Assembly: GCA_950097015.1 (NCBI GenBank) | Contig: CATNEN010000029.1 | Location: forward strand, 1,240,001 to 1,304,000 | Origin: Macrostomum hystrix | Taxonomy: Eukaryota; Animalia; Platyhelminthes | Length of the DNA stretch: 64,000 nt | Reading direction: 5' to 3' | Shown: piece by piece, positions 1 through 13,639 of the stretch | How the letters are laid out: the number at the start of each line of letters is the position of its first letter | Numbering within the stretch: position 1 is the stretch's first letter | Position numbers and translations under genes: made by a program | Notes under the pieces: generated by a model | What the model was told of the DNA's origin: nothing | What the model saw: the letters and a program-made list of their open reading frames with translations, nothing else | Databases searched by the model: none

Positions 1-713
1 GTAAATTACCGAACTAGGCTACAACAAGCAAAAACAATTACAGTTTAGCATATGATAGCTGCCTAAATTCCTGATGTACATAAATATATATCTCGGCTCC
101 ATTAGTAAAAAAACACTAACCTGGCAGTTCAATCGCCCAACAGGCTACCTTCTGCCGCATTCATTTGAGCTGAAATTGGTAGGGATATTATACTCAAATC
201 GCCAGAAGTATAATATCGCCAACTTAAATACTAACGTTAGTTTCCCTTTTGATTAGTCAAGATTAGTAAACATAGAAGCACAGCCGTTAATTGGCTGCGA
301 ACTTTTAATATCTGATTCAATATTGGGAACACTTTGAACTGCAGACTTCACCTCTAAGTTGTTTAAAGTACTTATTGGTCTCAGTTGCTGCAAGCTGTTG
401 AAACATGGCACAATGATTTCAACCGCTACAACATATTGAACAGAAACTACTTAAAAATAAATGAAAACGAAAAGTAATAAATTCCAGATCTACCTATCAA
501 TCAGACGAGCCAAGAGCTTTCACCTTCAAAGGCATTTTCCGGTAGATTATTTAACTCTTAGTCGTTATGATTATATTATTATATATTTTGCGGTGCCCTA
601 AAGTAGTGGATACAAATAATAAGGATTCAAATAGTCCTGGTCAAACATGATATTTGTTGCATTATTAAACTTCATTAAATCAAATTAAAGTAAGTACATT
701 TTACTTATTTCAG

Positions 714-3393
714 ATGTACCGTTTTAAAACCCTGAAGAAAACACGCAAGGTAACTTACGTTTCTGGCCTGCGTGGACGACCAAGATCAACAAAATACTCT
801 GCCGGTAAAGACTGTTGGAATCAACATAGTGCTAAATCTGCAGTTCAAAACACTTCTGGCACGTCCAGTTCTGTTTTTCAAGAAGCAGATTTCGACTTTG
901 AAAGTTCGTCCGATTGCTTTATCGAGTGGGAAAATTATGATTCATTTGTTGAAAATTGTTCACCGAGTTATCGGAAGTCATTTATTTTGAGCCAGTGCAT
1001 ACGCTGCCGAGAAAACCAAGGTATTTTTCGCTGTATAACCTGTAACGTGGATCTATGTGCTGACTGCAAGGAAGTAACTCATGGAGATTTCGTTGCTCAT
1101 AAATTTCTACTCTGGAATGTAAGCAAACCTACATATATTTAGTGATCTTTAGCTCATAAGTGCACTTTTTTAAACGAAACAAGAAAAAAAGATCTCAACA
1201 GCAATTTTAGCAATCTATGCCAATCAAAAATGTAAACTAAAATGTAACTTCCTCCCGCAGATCGATCTACTGATGTTTAGTGAGGAAACTTCCGGGGCAG
1301 CCATATCTTTTCCAAAACTTTACTGCTGTAATGACTGTGCGAGAGGCAAAGTATTTAATGCAGCGAGCAACGTGCAGTTAATTAACATAACCGGAAGCGT
1401 CCAGGCAAAAGTTTTTACATGTGCAGCATGCGACACCTGTTGTGCTTTGCTGTCTCAGGGCTACTTCCCAGCAACGGCTTCATCAGATGGCGAATGTTTA
1501 ACTTTTTTTTTCCTTTAGTTTCCTTTCACTTCTTGATTCAATGTGCATGGATGGACAGTTGCCTATGCATAGAGCAATTCACTCATTCTTTAAGGGCACA
1601 GTCGTGGGACAAGGTTGCTGGAGTCCAGACTTAGCGAAGAGTGTCTACCAACGTATTCAGCGGTACGGTGTACTTTTGCGCTTTCGCGAGTTGCAAAACC
1701 ATTATTCATGTTGGCCAAAAACATGCCTAAGTTGCCCAGAAAAAAACTCTAAACGCAAGACTGTTCTATGTGGTGATGGTCTCTTCGGTTGGCAGCAATT
1801 TGCAGCGTCGGGTGGAAAGCAGAAGGATTTACCAGGTGATGGTCGTATTTTGCCTGAACCTCTTATTTACGTAGATGGAAATTCTCAACAAGGTTCTACT
1901 GTCCATCATCCTGAGCCTGACAGTTGTCCTAACTGGAGAGCTGGTAGTACAACTAAAGAGACCTCGAGAGGTGCCTCACGGAACAACGTCTATGGATTCT
2001 TTGGTCTGTTCTGCAGACACAATAGGCTTGTGACAGGGTGTAATATAAATACTCCAGGAGAGCGTCTTTGCTATCCAGAGGAATGCCTGCTTCATTATTT
2101 AAAAACGACGCCAGTGTCAAAGCATCTACTGTTTATTTATGACGTTGGTGAGTAATCCGATTTAACATGCGTACAGTTTAAATCATATCATTATAATTCA
2201 TACTTCGTGCAAAATATTTTTAACAGTTTTCCAAAAAATATTGAAAGTGGCATAAAAAGTTTTCTTGCTCGAATATACTCGAAATCGTTTCAATTTCAGG
2301 TTGTCGTGTCTCCAATCGGGTCAAGTCTATCGTTGCACAGTCCGGGGCTGATGTCCATAGCAGCATGTGTGCTGTTAATGCGTTTCACGTCCTTGGACAT
2401 AAAACTAGCTGTCAGCTGAATTTATCCGTACGCGTTACTCCGGGAGCTGGCTTGTGTGACGGTGAGCATTCTGAACGAGCCTGGGCTGCCTTAAGACCGT
2501 ATGGAAAGTTTTTTAAGTACATGCGGAATGATCGGAGGACAATGTCCATATCCCATATTTTACACAATTTCAATGCTCAACAACTTTTAAATGCACATGT
2601 GTGGTTTGCGCAAAGGTTGAAATTGATTACAACTACCTCTACAGCAATAAAAAACGAAATTCAAGCTCTAATGCATGAAATGGCTGTCTTAAAAAATTCT
2701 GGTTGTATTGACACTCGCTTTGACGTATCGGATGAGCAGATTCTGGTCTTAGGCCAGCAATGGCATATGGAATCAATTTCGGGTCACGCCTCTCTTGAAG
2801 AAGATACGCTGGGCTCTTTAAGGTCAGTTGCCACTCAAAGAATATATTGGCTTAGAGAACTTGGTACTTCCACAGGTCAAAGTCGAACAAAAAGTTGTGC
2901 TCGTAGAGTTTTTAGTCTAACTTCGGAAATGCAGAAACTCTATTCCAAATTGCCACAAAACGATAGACCAACTTTTACAGAACTTCAAAACCCTAAGCAT
3001 AGCTTCTATTCCGGAATTGCTAAAAACGATTTTACAGGAAGCTTTCGTAGACGCGCCATTGACGTAAGTCATAAAAAATAGAGGCTTGATGAGGAAAAAA
3101 ACTTTCTTTTTGATGAATGGCGTGATATTCAGAAGCGTATTCAAGAGCATTGTATAACTTTAGAAGGTCAACCAGGTCTACCGGCAGACTTTCACCGACT
3201 GTTTCAGATTATTTACCGGCAAATTGAAAGTGTCCCTATAGCAATGCTCTCAGTCAACCAAGACTCAATCCAAAGTTTAACTCCCACGGTTGACAGTTTA
3301 GACAAAAATGATTCTAACGAACGACTGGACGATCTAGATAACTCATTCAATTCAGCATCAGATGATTCTGATGATGACGAGACCGCGTGTTAA
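714..3393 (+). pseudogene. KDZ (Kyakuja-Dileera-Zisupton) family transposase, spliced, with N-terminal B-box-like and CxC-like zinc clusters; one frameshift and one in-frame stop
   Basis: Exons 714-1118, 1261-2147, 2300-3393 (GT-AG, phases consistent). KDZ-type motifs LCGDGLF, LFIYDVGC, FHVLGHKTSCQ, GAGLCDGEHSERAWAAL. B-box-like CIRC..CITC..LCADC..H..H. One extra base in the T run 1503-1511; TAG at 3079-3081, after which the same frame continues 104 codons to an acidic tail. Confidence 0.85.
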
Positions 3394-3493
3394 ATATATA
3401 TTAGCAGCTAAGTGCATCAAACCAAAAAGTCTCATAATATTTAAGTCAAATTGCAACACTTTACTATTAAGTATCTGCTATCTGACACAAAAA

Positions 3494-4174
3494 AATGCTG
3501 GGACTGTCAATGTGCATTCATTGCTTTGACATTTTTCCCTCTGCAAAAAACTAATGCTGGGATTGTCAATGTGCATTCATTGCTTTGACATTTTTCCCTC
3601 TGCAAAAAACTAATGCTGGGATTGTCAATGTGCATTTATTGCTTTGACATTTTTCCTCTGCATAAAACTAATGCTGGGATTGTCACTGTGCATTCATTGC
3701 TTGGACATTTTTCCCTCTGCATAAAACTAATGCTGGGATTGTCAATGGGCATTCATTGCTTTGACATTTTTCCCTCTGCATAAAACTAATGCTGGGATTG
3801 TCAATGGGCATTCATTGCTTTGACATTTTTCCCTCTGCATAAAACTAATGCTGGGATTGTCAATGTGCATTCATTGCTTTGACATTTTTCCCTCTGCATA
3901 AAACTAATGCTGGGATTGTCAATGTGCATTCATTGCTTTGACATTTTTCCCTCTGCATAAAACTAATGCTGGGATTGTCAATGGGCATTCATTGCTTTGA
4001 CATTTTTCCCTCTGCATAAAACTAATGCTGGGATTGTCAATGTGCATTCATTGCTTTGACATTTTCCCTCTGCATTTGTCAGATAAATTTTTCTTTCACG
4101 AACGTGACGCGCCTCATCGTGGCGTGAAAGTGAACAGTGCGCGTTTCAATCTTTTGCACTGGCCAAGACGTCAC
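3494..4174 (+). mobile_element. Putative transposon end 1: ~10 copies of a 59-bp unit (3494-4075) plus a ~100-bp unique segment ending CCAAGACGTCAC
   Basis: Starts ~100 bp after the transposase stop. Unit ctgcataaaactaatgctgggattgtcaatgtgcattcattgctttgacatttttccct. The block is the reverse complement of 14144-15520. Confidence 0.75.
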
Positions 4175-5590
4175 TACTAGTTAGTCTAGGTGTTTTACAA
4201 CCTTCTGTACTGAATATCCACGAACCAATCACTTCATATATTTTATTCTATCTATTCACATTCTTTATACCCAGAAATTTGCTGTTATAGTAGACTCCCT
4301 CTCACAAAGTTGACCTATTTTGTCTTGTTTCCGGTACGTAAATCAAGAAATCAAAGCAATGAACGCTACTTTTAGTTTAAGATTTAGTATCATTTGCGAT
4401 TCAGCTCTCAATCTGCGTGTTCTCAATATAATTTCCTGCTTTCATTCATTTTTCCCTATGTTCCGTGGTGCACAACTGCTGGACTGGAGAACAATCGCAC
4501 TCGGCACCAAAAGATGTAGTGGCACTTTTAGGCTTAAATACAGGTAAAAGATGCTTTTAATTACTTAAATTTGTGACTTATTTATTGAATTTTATATTCA
4601 AGTTCAATTCCCACCCTGCCAGGAAATGCAAACTGGACTCGACAGTTTAGATTATTCGGAGGCAGCCTTGCAAAAACAGTGGCGAAGCCTGTCTGTCACG
4701 AGCAGAAACCGTAGCCGGCCGTCAGTGTCGGCCACCTTCGCGATGCGCGGTTTCTCAATGTACGACGGAAGATAATTGCATATTATGCACTGTCTGCAGC
4801 TACCCATCTAGCCGACTAGCGGGCCTGCCATCCCACCAATGCAGCGCTGGAATACTGAGTACTGGTTGCTAACTGCAAAGATACATGCTTCTCACCTTAA
4901 TTTGATATTATTTTGCGCATTCTCAAGTCCGTGTACTCTGTACTTACCCCCTGTTGAGCAGTTATTGCAATATGCACATTTTTCTTATTTACGAGTAGCT
5001 AGTAAATATACAAATTGTACTTCGTCTTACTGCTTGCTAATAAATAAGTAGCTTACGAAATGCGCCCGATACCATCCCGTATAAAGCCAGTCTTAAATGG
5101 CGCATATTTTGTTACACCTACTGTGAGAAGCCTACTATGAAAGTGGTTGATAGTATATAACGACGTGTTATTCTTTGGAAATTATATGCTTAACATATCG
5201 CCATTCCAGCATTAAAATAATTTTGTGTACAATTTGTTACTTAATAAAAAATTAATCAATTTTCGATATGTACAGCAAGCAAACCGATGCCTTAAGTACC
5301 CAAGTTCAGCCGACTGTACTTTTGAAAAAACAAGAAAGTGTTTCGTGTTTAAGATTTTAACAGTAACGGCATTGAGGTCGATTGCTGGTAATGTACTGTA
5401 CGTATCGAGTACAATCGTAACAAGTAGCTCTACATGTACCTCAATCTCAGCAAAAATTAGATTAATTGGATGTCAGTATAGAAGTGGATTTCTCATCTCA
5501 ATCTGATACGAATTTAACGCCAAAAGCCCCATTGTCAGAACTCTGTTTCCTGAAGTGCAAGTGTAAATTAATTGTCATGATAGTCGAATT

Positions 5591-8500
5591 TAAGCAGTAT
5601 GTATTCAACTCAGTGTAACCACTGATGAATCCGTAAATGTACCCCCGCTTCAACAGTTCAGATGGTCAACTATAAGCCGTATATATTCAACTCAGTGTAA
5701 CCACTGATGAATCCGTAAATGTACCCCCACTTCAACAGTTCAGATAGTCAACTATAAGCCGTATATATTCAACTCAGTGTAACCACTGATGAATCCGTAA
5801 ATGTACCCCCACTTCAACAGTTCAGATAGTCAACTATAAGCCGTATATATTCAACTCAGTGTAACCACTGATGAATCCGTAAATGTACCCCCACTTCAAC
5901 AGTTCAGATAGTCAACTATAAGCCGTATATATTCAACTCAGTGTAACCACTGATGAATCCGTAAATGTACCCCCACTTCAACAGTTCAGATAGTCAACTA
6001 TAAGCCGTATATATTCAACTCAGTGTAACCACTGATGAATCCGTAAATGTACCCCCACTTCAACAGTTCAGATAGTCAACTATAAGCCGTATATATTCAA
6101 CTCAGTGTAACCACTGATGAATCCGTAAATGTACCCCCACTTCAACAGTTCAGATAGTCAACTATAAGCCGTATATATTCAACTCAGTGTAACCACTGAT
6201 GAATCCGTAAATGTACCCCCACTTCAACAGTTCAGATAGTCAACTATAAGCTGTATATATTCAACTCAGTGTAACCACTGATGAATCCGTAAATGTACCC
6301 TCACTTCAACAGTTCAGATAGTCAACTATAAGCAGTATATATTCAACTCAGTGTAACCACTGATGAATCCGTAAATGTACCCTCACTTCAACAGTTCAGA
6401 TAGTCAACTATAAGCTGTATATATTCAACTCAGTGTAACCACTGATGAATCCGTAAATGTACCCTCACTTCAACAGTTCAGATAGTCAACTATAAGCAGT
6501 ATATATTCAACTCAGTGTAACCACTGATGAATCCGTAAATGTACCCTCACTTCAACAGTTCAGATAGTCAACTATAAGCTGTATATATTCAACTCAGTGT
6601 AACCACTGATGAATCCGTAAATGTACCCCCACTTCAACAGTTCAGATAGTCAACTATAAGCAGTATATATTCAACTCAGTGTAACCACTGATGAATCCGT
6701 AAATGTACCCTCACTTCAACAGTTCAGATAGTCAACTATAAGCAGTATATATTCAACTCAGTGTAACCACTGATGAATCCGTAAATGTACCCTCACTTCA
6801 ACAGTTCAGATAGTCAACTATAAGCCGTATATATTCAACTCAGTGTAACCACTGATGAATCCGTAAATGTACCCCCACTTCAACAGTTCAGATAGTCAAC
6901 TATAAGCCGTATATATTCAACTCAGTGTAACCACTGATGAATCCGTAAATGTACCCCCACTTCAACAGTTCAGATAGTCAACTATAAGCCGTATATATTC
7001 AACTCAGTGTAACCACTGATGAATCCGTAAATGTACCCTCACTTCAACAGTTCAGATAGTCAACTATAAGCAGTATATATTCAACTCAGTGTAACCACTG
7101 ATGAATCCGTAAATGTACCCTCACTTCAACAGTTCAGATAGTCAACTATAAGCAGTATATATTCAACTCAGTGTAACCACTGATGAATCCGTAAATGTAC
7201 CCCCACTTCAACAGTTCAGATAGTCAACTATAAGCAGTATATATTCAACTCAGTGTAACCACTGATGAATCCGTAAATGTACCCCCACTTCAACAGTTCA
7301 GATAGTCAACTATAAGCAGTATATATTCAACTCAGTGTAACCACTGATGAATCCGTAAATGTACCCCCACTTCAACAGTTCAGATAGTCAACTATAAGCA
7401 GTATATATTCAACTCAGTGTAACCACTGATGAATCCGTAAATGTACCCCCACTTCAACAGTTCAGATAGTCAACTATAAGCAGTATATATTCAACTCAGT
7501 GTAACCACTGATGAATCCGTAAATGTACCCCCACTTCAACAGTTCAGATAGTCAACTATAAGCAGTATATATTCAACTCAGTGTAACCACTGATGAATCC
7601 GTAAATGTACCCCCACTTCAACAGTTCAGATAGTCAACTATAAGCAGTATATATTCAACTCAGTGTAACCACTGATGAATCCGTAAATGTACCCTCACTT
7701 CAACAGTTCAGATAGTCAACTATAAGCAGTATATATTCAACTCAGTGTAACCACTGATGAATCCGTAAATGTACCCTCACTTCAACAGTTCAGATAGTCA
7801 ACTATAAGCCGTATATATTCAACTCAGTGTAACCACTGATGAATCCGTAAATGTACCCCCACTTCAACAGTTCAGATAGTCAACTATAAGCCGTATATAT
7901 TCAACTCAGTGTAACCACTGATGAATCCGTAAATGTACCCCCACTTCAACAGTTCAGATAGTCAACTATAAGCAGTATATATTCAACTCAGTGTAACCAC
8001 TGATGAATCCGTAAATGTACCCCCACTTCAACAGTTCAGATAGTCAACTATAAGCAGTATATATTCAACTCAGTGTAACCACTGATGAATCCGTAAATGT
8101 ACCCGGCCACTTCAACAGTTCAGATAGTCAACTATAAGCCGTATATATTCAACTCAGTGTAACCACTGATGAATCCGTAAATGTACCCCCACTTCAACAG
8201 TTCAGATAGTCAACTATAAGCCGTATATATTCAACTCAGTGTAACCACTGATGAATCCGTAAATGTACCCCCACTTCAACAGTTCAGATAGTCAACTATA
8301 AGCTGTATATATTCAACTCAGTGTAACCACTGATGAATCCGTAAATGTACCCCCACTTCAACAGTTCAGATAGTCAACTATAAGCCGTATATATTCAACT
8401 CAGTGTAACCACTGATGAATCCGTAAATGTACCCCCACTTCAACAGTTCAGATAGTCAACTATAAGCCGTATATATTCAACTCAGTGTAACCACTGATGA

Positions 8501-9174
8501 ATCCGTAAATGTACCCCCACTTCAACAGTTCAGATAGTCAACTATAAGCCGTATATATTCAACTCAGTGTAACCACTGATGAATCCGTAAATGTACCCCC
8601 ACTTCAACAGTTCAGATAGTCAACTATAAGCCGTATATATTCAACTCAGTGTAACCACTGATGAATCCGTAAATGTACCCCCACTTCAACAGTTCAGATA
8701 GTCAACTATAAGCCGTATATATTCAACTCAGTGTAACCACTGATGAATCCGTAAATGTACCCCCACTTCAACAGTTCAGATAGTCAACTATAAGCCGTAT
8801 ATATTCAACTCAGTGTAACCACTGATGAATCCGTAAATGTACCCTCACTTCAACAGTTCAGATAGTCAACTATAAGCAGTATATATTCAACTCAGTGTAA
8901 CCACTGATGAATCCGTAAATGTACCCTCACTTCAACAGTTCAGATAGTCAACTATAAGCCGTATATATTCAACTCAGTGTAACCACTGATGAATCCGTAA
9001 ATGTACCCCCACTTCAACAGTTCAGATAGTCAACTATAAGCCGTATATATTCAACTCAGTGTAACCACTGATGAATCCGTAAATGTACCCTCACTTCAAC
9101 AGTTCAGATAGTCAACTATAAGCAGTATATATTCAACTCAGTGTAACCACTGATGAATCCGTAAATGTACCCCC
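5591..9174. repeat. 82-bp tandem array, ~44 near-identical copies
   Basis: Unit tatatattcaactcagtgtaaccactgatgaatccgtaaatgtacccccacttcaacagttcagatagtcaactataagccg; period 82 confirmed (5641 to 5723); variants at two main sites. Confidence 0.97.
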
Positions 9175-9809
9175 TAAGTTTGTAGAACAGGTGCACATCT
9201 GGAATCGCGCATGCCGTTATTGTATAGCCCCTGATGTGCCGTCAAAAATTCAGCATCCGAAACTTAAAAAAATAACGATATTCGCACTTCAAAAAACTAA
9301 CTTTTAGCTTTTGATGAATAAAATTGCTAATTTTTTAAAACGCATAACAAAAATTAAGAGATTTTAAAGCTAAGGCCCTATTTGGCTATCACCGGGGTCG
9401 GTATGTTTTACACTTGCTTCCGTTAGAAGCTCATAGCGGATGAAAGTTACGGGATAGATGAAGTTGAGGGTAGAAGCTTGCCCACTGAGCTCAGGCAGAA
9501 TGCCGAATAAAATAAAGAACGCTGATAATAGAAAGGCCAAAAGTATTAAAATTGGTGAGCGTAATGTCTTTTGCTCGCCTCAGATTTGAACTCAAGTGAC
9601 TCTGGGTTTTCGCTCATGCAAGTAATAGCTGGTTTACTAATAACGCAGACTCAAACCACACAAGGGATGATTCACACGAAGGAATAAACGACTCAATGAA
9701 CTTAATAAACAGGTTAGAGCCTAATAAACAAATAAACACAGAGGATAAGCGAGGCTGCTTACTAATAGAATTGATAAGGTGATGCTGCTTACTCATAAAA
9801 TTGATAAGG

Positions 9810-11400
9810 GTTTCAAACAATTTTCCTAAGATCTGCGTCTAGCACCAGCAGCAGATAATCAACAACAGCGTTAATAGCAAAAATGACAACACAAATTATT
9901 GCACTTTTAGCAGCTGCGGCAGCCAGTCGGTGACGAAACTTGTCTTAGAGCCGCACCTCGGCATAGCTCAGCAGGATAAGGTCGTAGCAACATCCGTAGT
10001 CCCACGTAGTCTCCGTAGTCTGCTAGTTAGTAATAAAAAATTGAAAATTATGAAAAATATATTTAAGTTTTTTAATAAATAAAATTAATAAATAATAAAT
10101 AAATAGAGCAGAGAAGTAAAATCAGGGACATTCCATCGTGGGCCAATTCCTTATATACTTATTTATAACAAACATATTTATAACGAACGTTTCAATAATA
10201 TATAAAATACAAACTACAAACCAAGATTAAATTAAGTTAACGGATGCGCACCTGACATGACTTATAGACTTTTCTTTGGGTTTTAGTTGTCCCTGGCTGT
10301 GGCCCAGGTGAAACTGCTCCGGGAAGCTGCTGATTAGCCCCTGCAGAGCTAACGCTGCGGCTGCCTCATGGAATGGCTAGAGCAGCCAATCAAACATGTC
10401 GACACCGGTGACGCCCATCTGAAGTGGTCCCAGACCCTCTGACTTGGCCACCAGCTGGAACACGTCCATGGCGGCAAGAAGGTCGCTGCCTGGGCCGCAG
10501 CCGAGTGACAGGACCTCATAGCTGGTGCTGCTGGTGTTTGAGCCCATGATGGCGTCATAGAGCTCAGCTTGAATCAGCTGGCGAATGGACAACCGCTTCT
10601 TCGGGAGCTCGCACACTGTGTATGCGGCCCTAAATTCACTAGATTGGTAGAACCCTAAGTTTCCTTTGTCGCCTGACTGACTGGAAAACAAAAGTAGAAT
10701 ATTTTACTAATTTCAACAAAAATGTTTTTAAAATATATTTTGTGAGCACAGGCTATGGAATCTGAGTCTCTACAGCACCTGAGTCTATCCTATCTAGGCC
10801 AATGAGATCTGAGTCTATGCCATGAATTTCTATCTGAGTATGAAAAGGCAAAATAATGAAAATAGGAGACAAACACATCAAACACATTGAGATTAACCCG
10901 GCTTAATTATATAATAATTAATTAAGAAGTCATATTGCTTAAAAAAACACAGAGGATAAGCGAGGCTGCTTACTAATAGAATTGATAAGGTGATGCTGCT
11001 TACTAATAAAATTGATAAGGTGATGCTGCTTACTAATAGAATTGATAAGGTGATGCTGCTTACTCATAGAATTGATAATGTTTAACGGGTTTCAAACAAT
11101 TTTACTAAAGCACTCCCGCTGGCGCACCGGCTCGATGTCATTGTCAATGACGAATATTCGGCTGCCAAGTCTTAACACGTGAAACAAAGCAACTATGATG
11201 ATTTCTAGAGAAGCATCATAGTTGCTTCTATGATGCTGCAGCAGCAGTCAGTCAGCAGTCAGCCAGTCAGTGACTGATCTACCAGACTGGATGCTCGTTG
11301 ACACTACGTACTTTCCCTCCGAGGTCCACATCGCCGAACTGGCTGGCGGGCTGGAAAACAAAAGTAGAATATTTTACTAATTTCAACAAATATGTTTTTA
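9810..11400 (-). pseudogene. Fragmented class I SAM-dependent methyltransferase-like exons
   Basis: 10377-10691 encodes VLSLGCGPGSDL (motif I) and VTGVD (motif II) behind a ttttccag acceptor, then stops. Further pieces read YDLILLSY (~9960) and LRLGSRIFVIDND (~11130-11170). Flanking intron-like segments are duplicated (10681-10720 = 11352-11391; ~9727-9830 = ~10945-11110). Confidence 0.5.
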
Positions 11401-11454
11401 GAGAGGCAGTCGATATCGAAATAATTATGGAAATTCGTCAGTAATAAGATAGGG

Positions 11455-11625
11455 CTTATAGGGCCCGACTTTCTCATCGTCTGGCAGTGTACACTATCGC
11501 TGTGCCCCTAAGTCTTCTCTCCGCGGCTGCGTTCAAAATGAATGTGGCCTCGCCGCGGAATCGAGCTCAGGGACCTCGGTGCGAGAGGCCAACGCGTTAG
11601 ACCGATTTGCCACTCACCCGGCCCT
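11455..11625 (-). mobile_element. tRNA-derived SINE family A, partial copy
   Basis: Reverse strand has an A-box-like TGGCAAATCGG, a B-box-like GAGCTCGATTCC, then the family core gcggcgaggccacattcatt...gcagccgcggagagaag...gacgatgagaaagtc. Confidence 0.75.
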
Positions 11626-12777
11626 AACCAATGTTACAAGCTCATTGAGTAGGAATTTTGTAGCTTATCTCAGCTGTTTACTACACAAAATGATTGAAGC
11701 AAACAACAATTTTTTTCTAATTGTTGCTTTATTTGAATGGAATAAAATGAGCATATGATGAGCAGCGATAAGTAAATAACAAAACAGAGCATTAGTAGAG
11801 CTAACTAACATTAACACAATACAAGAACGGTACGTTTTTTGTATTTTACTACTGCAATATCTATAAGAAAGTATTAAAATAACAGTGCACTATATCTGAA
11901 TAACAATTTTATATTAATTAATAAAGGTTTGTACTAGCTAACTATATTTTTGTAGAAAGCTTTGCACGTTAAAAAAAGAACGGGAATTTAATTTGGCATA
12001 GAATTTAATTAGCGAGACATTGTAAACATATATGCTCATACTTAATTACATTCGTGGAGCTTAGTAAAATAACTTTCGGAGCACTAACACAAGCTCCAAA
12101 ATTTATGGCAATCATTTTTAATCTCCATTTTTGGATATTTTCATTTTGAATTAGTGCTACTGATACTGATACTGATACTGGCACTGCTACTGACGTGTCA
12201 GAAAGACGTGGCAGTGTCTATGGAAAGTGTGAACGAACTGTTCTGTGTTTTATTGTTTAAAATCATTTTCATAGATTTTTGAGCTTGTGTAACACTACCC
12301 CTGACCTTCGCGCACGTTTCTTGCTGCAGCTCCTGAATAGAAAAAGATATGAACATGATTTTAATTTTGTTTTCTTTCTGACAAAATTTCCTTTCATTTG
12401 ACACCATGGGCGTGAAATTTCATGGCTCCGTTGAAGAGCAACGTTGGACATTCCGGGAACTTTTGGGACACCCCTCGTAATATTTATAAAAAATCGAATG
12501 CTTTTAGTTCAGAAAAACACACGCAAAGGATGAATGTATAAGTACTTATAGGCATTGTAGTTTACAGACAAGCAAGCGGCGACAAAAATCGCAGTTTTTA
12601 TCTTACTGAGTACGGAGATACACCCGAATTAGTATTAGTAAAAACTAAAATTATTAATCGTTTAAAGTCATTTTTACCATAAAAAAACTAAAAAAATTAA
12701 AAAGCAGCTGTCGCATTTTCGCTAGAGAAAAACGAACAAAACTTGCCTAATTTTCTACCTAAATAAATGTTAGCCCA

Positions 12778-13630
12778 TCAATGTACGCCGGCACCATTGT
12801 TGCCAATGCCACCGGTGCCGCTCTCGCCTAGCAACAGCCGCGAGTCGTCCATCAGGCTGGGCTGCGGTCTCTTAGCAACCAATGCGCGAGGCAGCTTGTC
12901 GTGGTACAACTGATAGACGTCACGGTCGGCCGGACAGCTACAACGGAAGGCCTCGCATTCGTACATGGCCGAATAATAGGCTTGCAGATGCTGCAGCTCT
13001 GATGGCACATCGAAGTCGCGATAGAACTGAAATGTATCGACGATGCGAACAATTGAATCACGCCTGTCTCATCTCTCTGATCTCACCCAAGACGTCTCAT
13101 CTCTCCGATCTCACCTCACCCCTGTCTCGTCTCTCCGATCTCACCTCACCCCTGTCTCATCTCTCCTCTGTCTAATCTGAACACTGTCACATGCATCTTG
13201 GCCCTGATTCATGTCTTCACTGTCTCATATCTTCCCTGTTTTATCTCCCGTCTTATCTCTCCTCTGTATAAAACTGTGCCGTGTCTTACATCTTCCATGT
13301 CACATCTCTCGCCTGTCTCATCTTTATCCTGTCTCATCTCTTTCCTATCTGATTTCACAGTCAATACCGACCCGCATTCATTTTAGAATCTATCTTTAGC
13401 CCGCTGGAGCTAAATAGACTCTGAGATTAAAAAAGCATTCGAACCCTGGCAGACAAACAGGGAATTCTACCTTAGCGGCCATTTTCAGATGATGCAGTTT
13501 AGGCATGAGTTGGCAATCCGCGTAGGTTAGCTCATCTGAGAGCAGGTAGCGACAACTTAGCGACAATTTGTACATGTGGTTCGGACTGCGCGGCTTCGGT
13601 CGATACTTAAGGCGCAGAGGCTCAACTGGA
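12778..13630 (-). CDS. CLIC-family (chloride intracellular channel) last two exons; upstream exons not found in the window
   Basis: Exon ending 13471 reads CRYLLSDELTYADCQLMPKLHHLKMAAK|gtagaa. Exon 13026-12778 (catttcag|) reads FYRDFDVPSELQHLQAYYSAMYECEAFRCSCPADRDVYQLY. Both match recalled CLIC C-terminal motifs (LTxADCxLxPKL, SCPADxxI). The 5' boundary of the upstream exon is uncertain. Confidence 0.8.
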
Positions 13631-13639
13631 TCACACCAT

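Noticed and set aside
74-560. Possible extra exon(s) upstream of the transposase
   Set aside because: Only short frames without motifs, and the region is cut by the window edge.
5591-9174. CRISPR-like appearance of the 82-bp array
   Set aside because: No unique spacers and no cas genes; whole units repeat; eukaryotic context.
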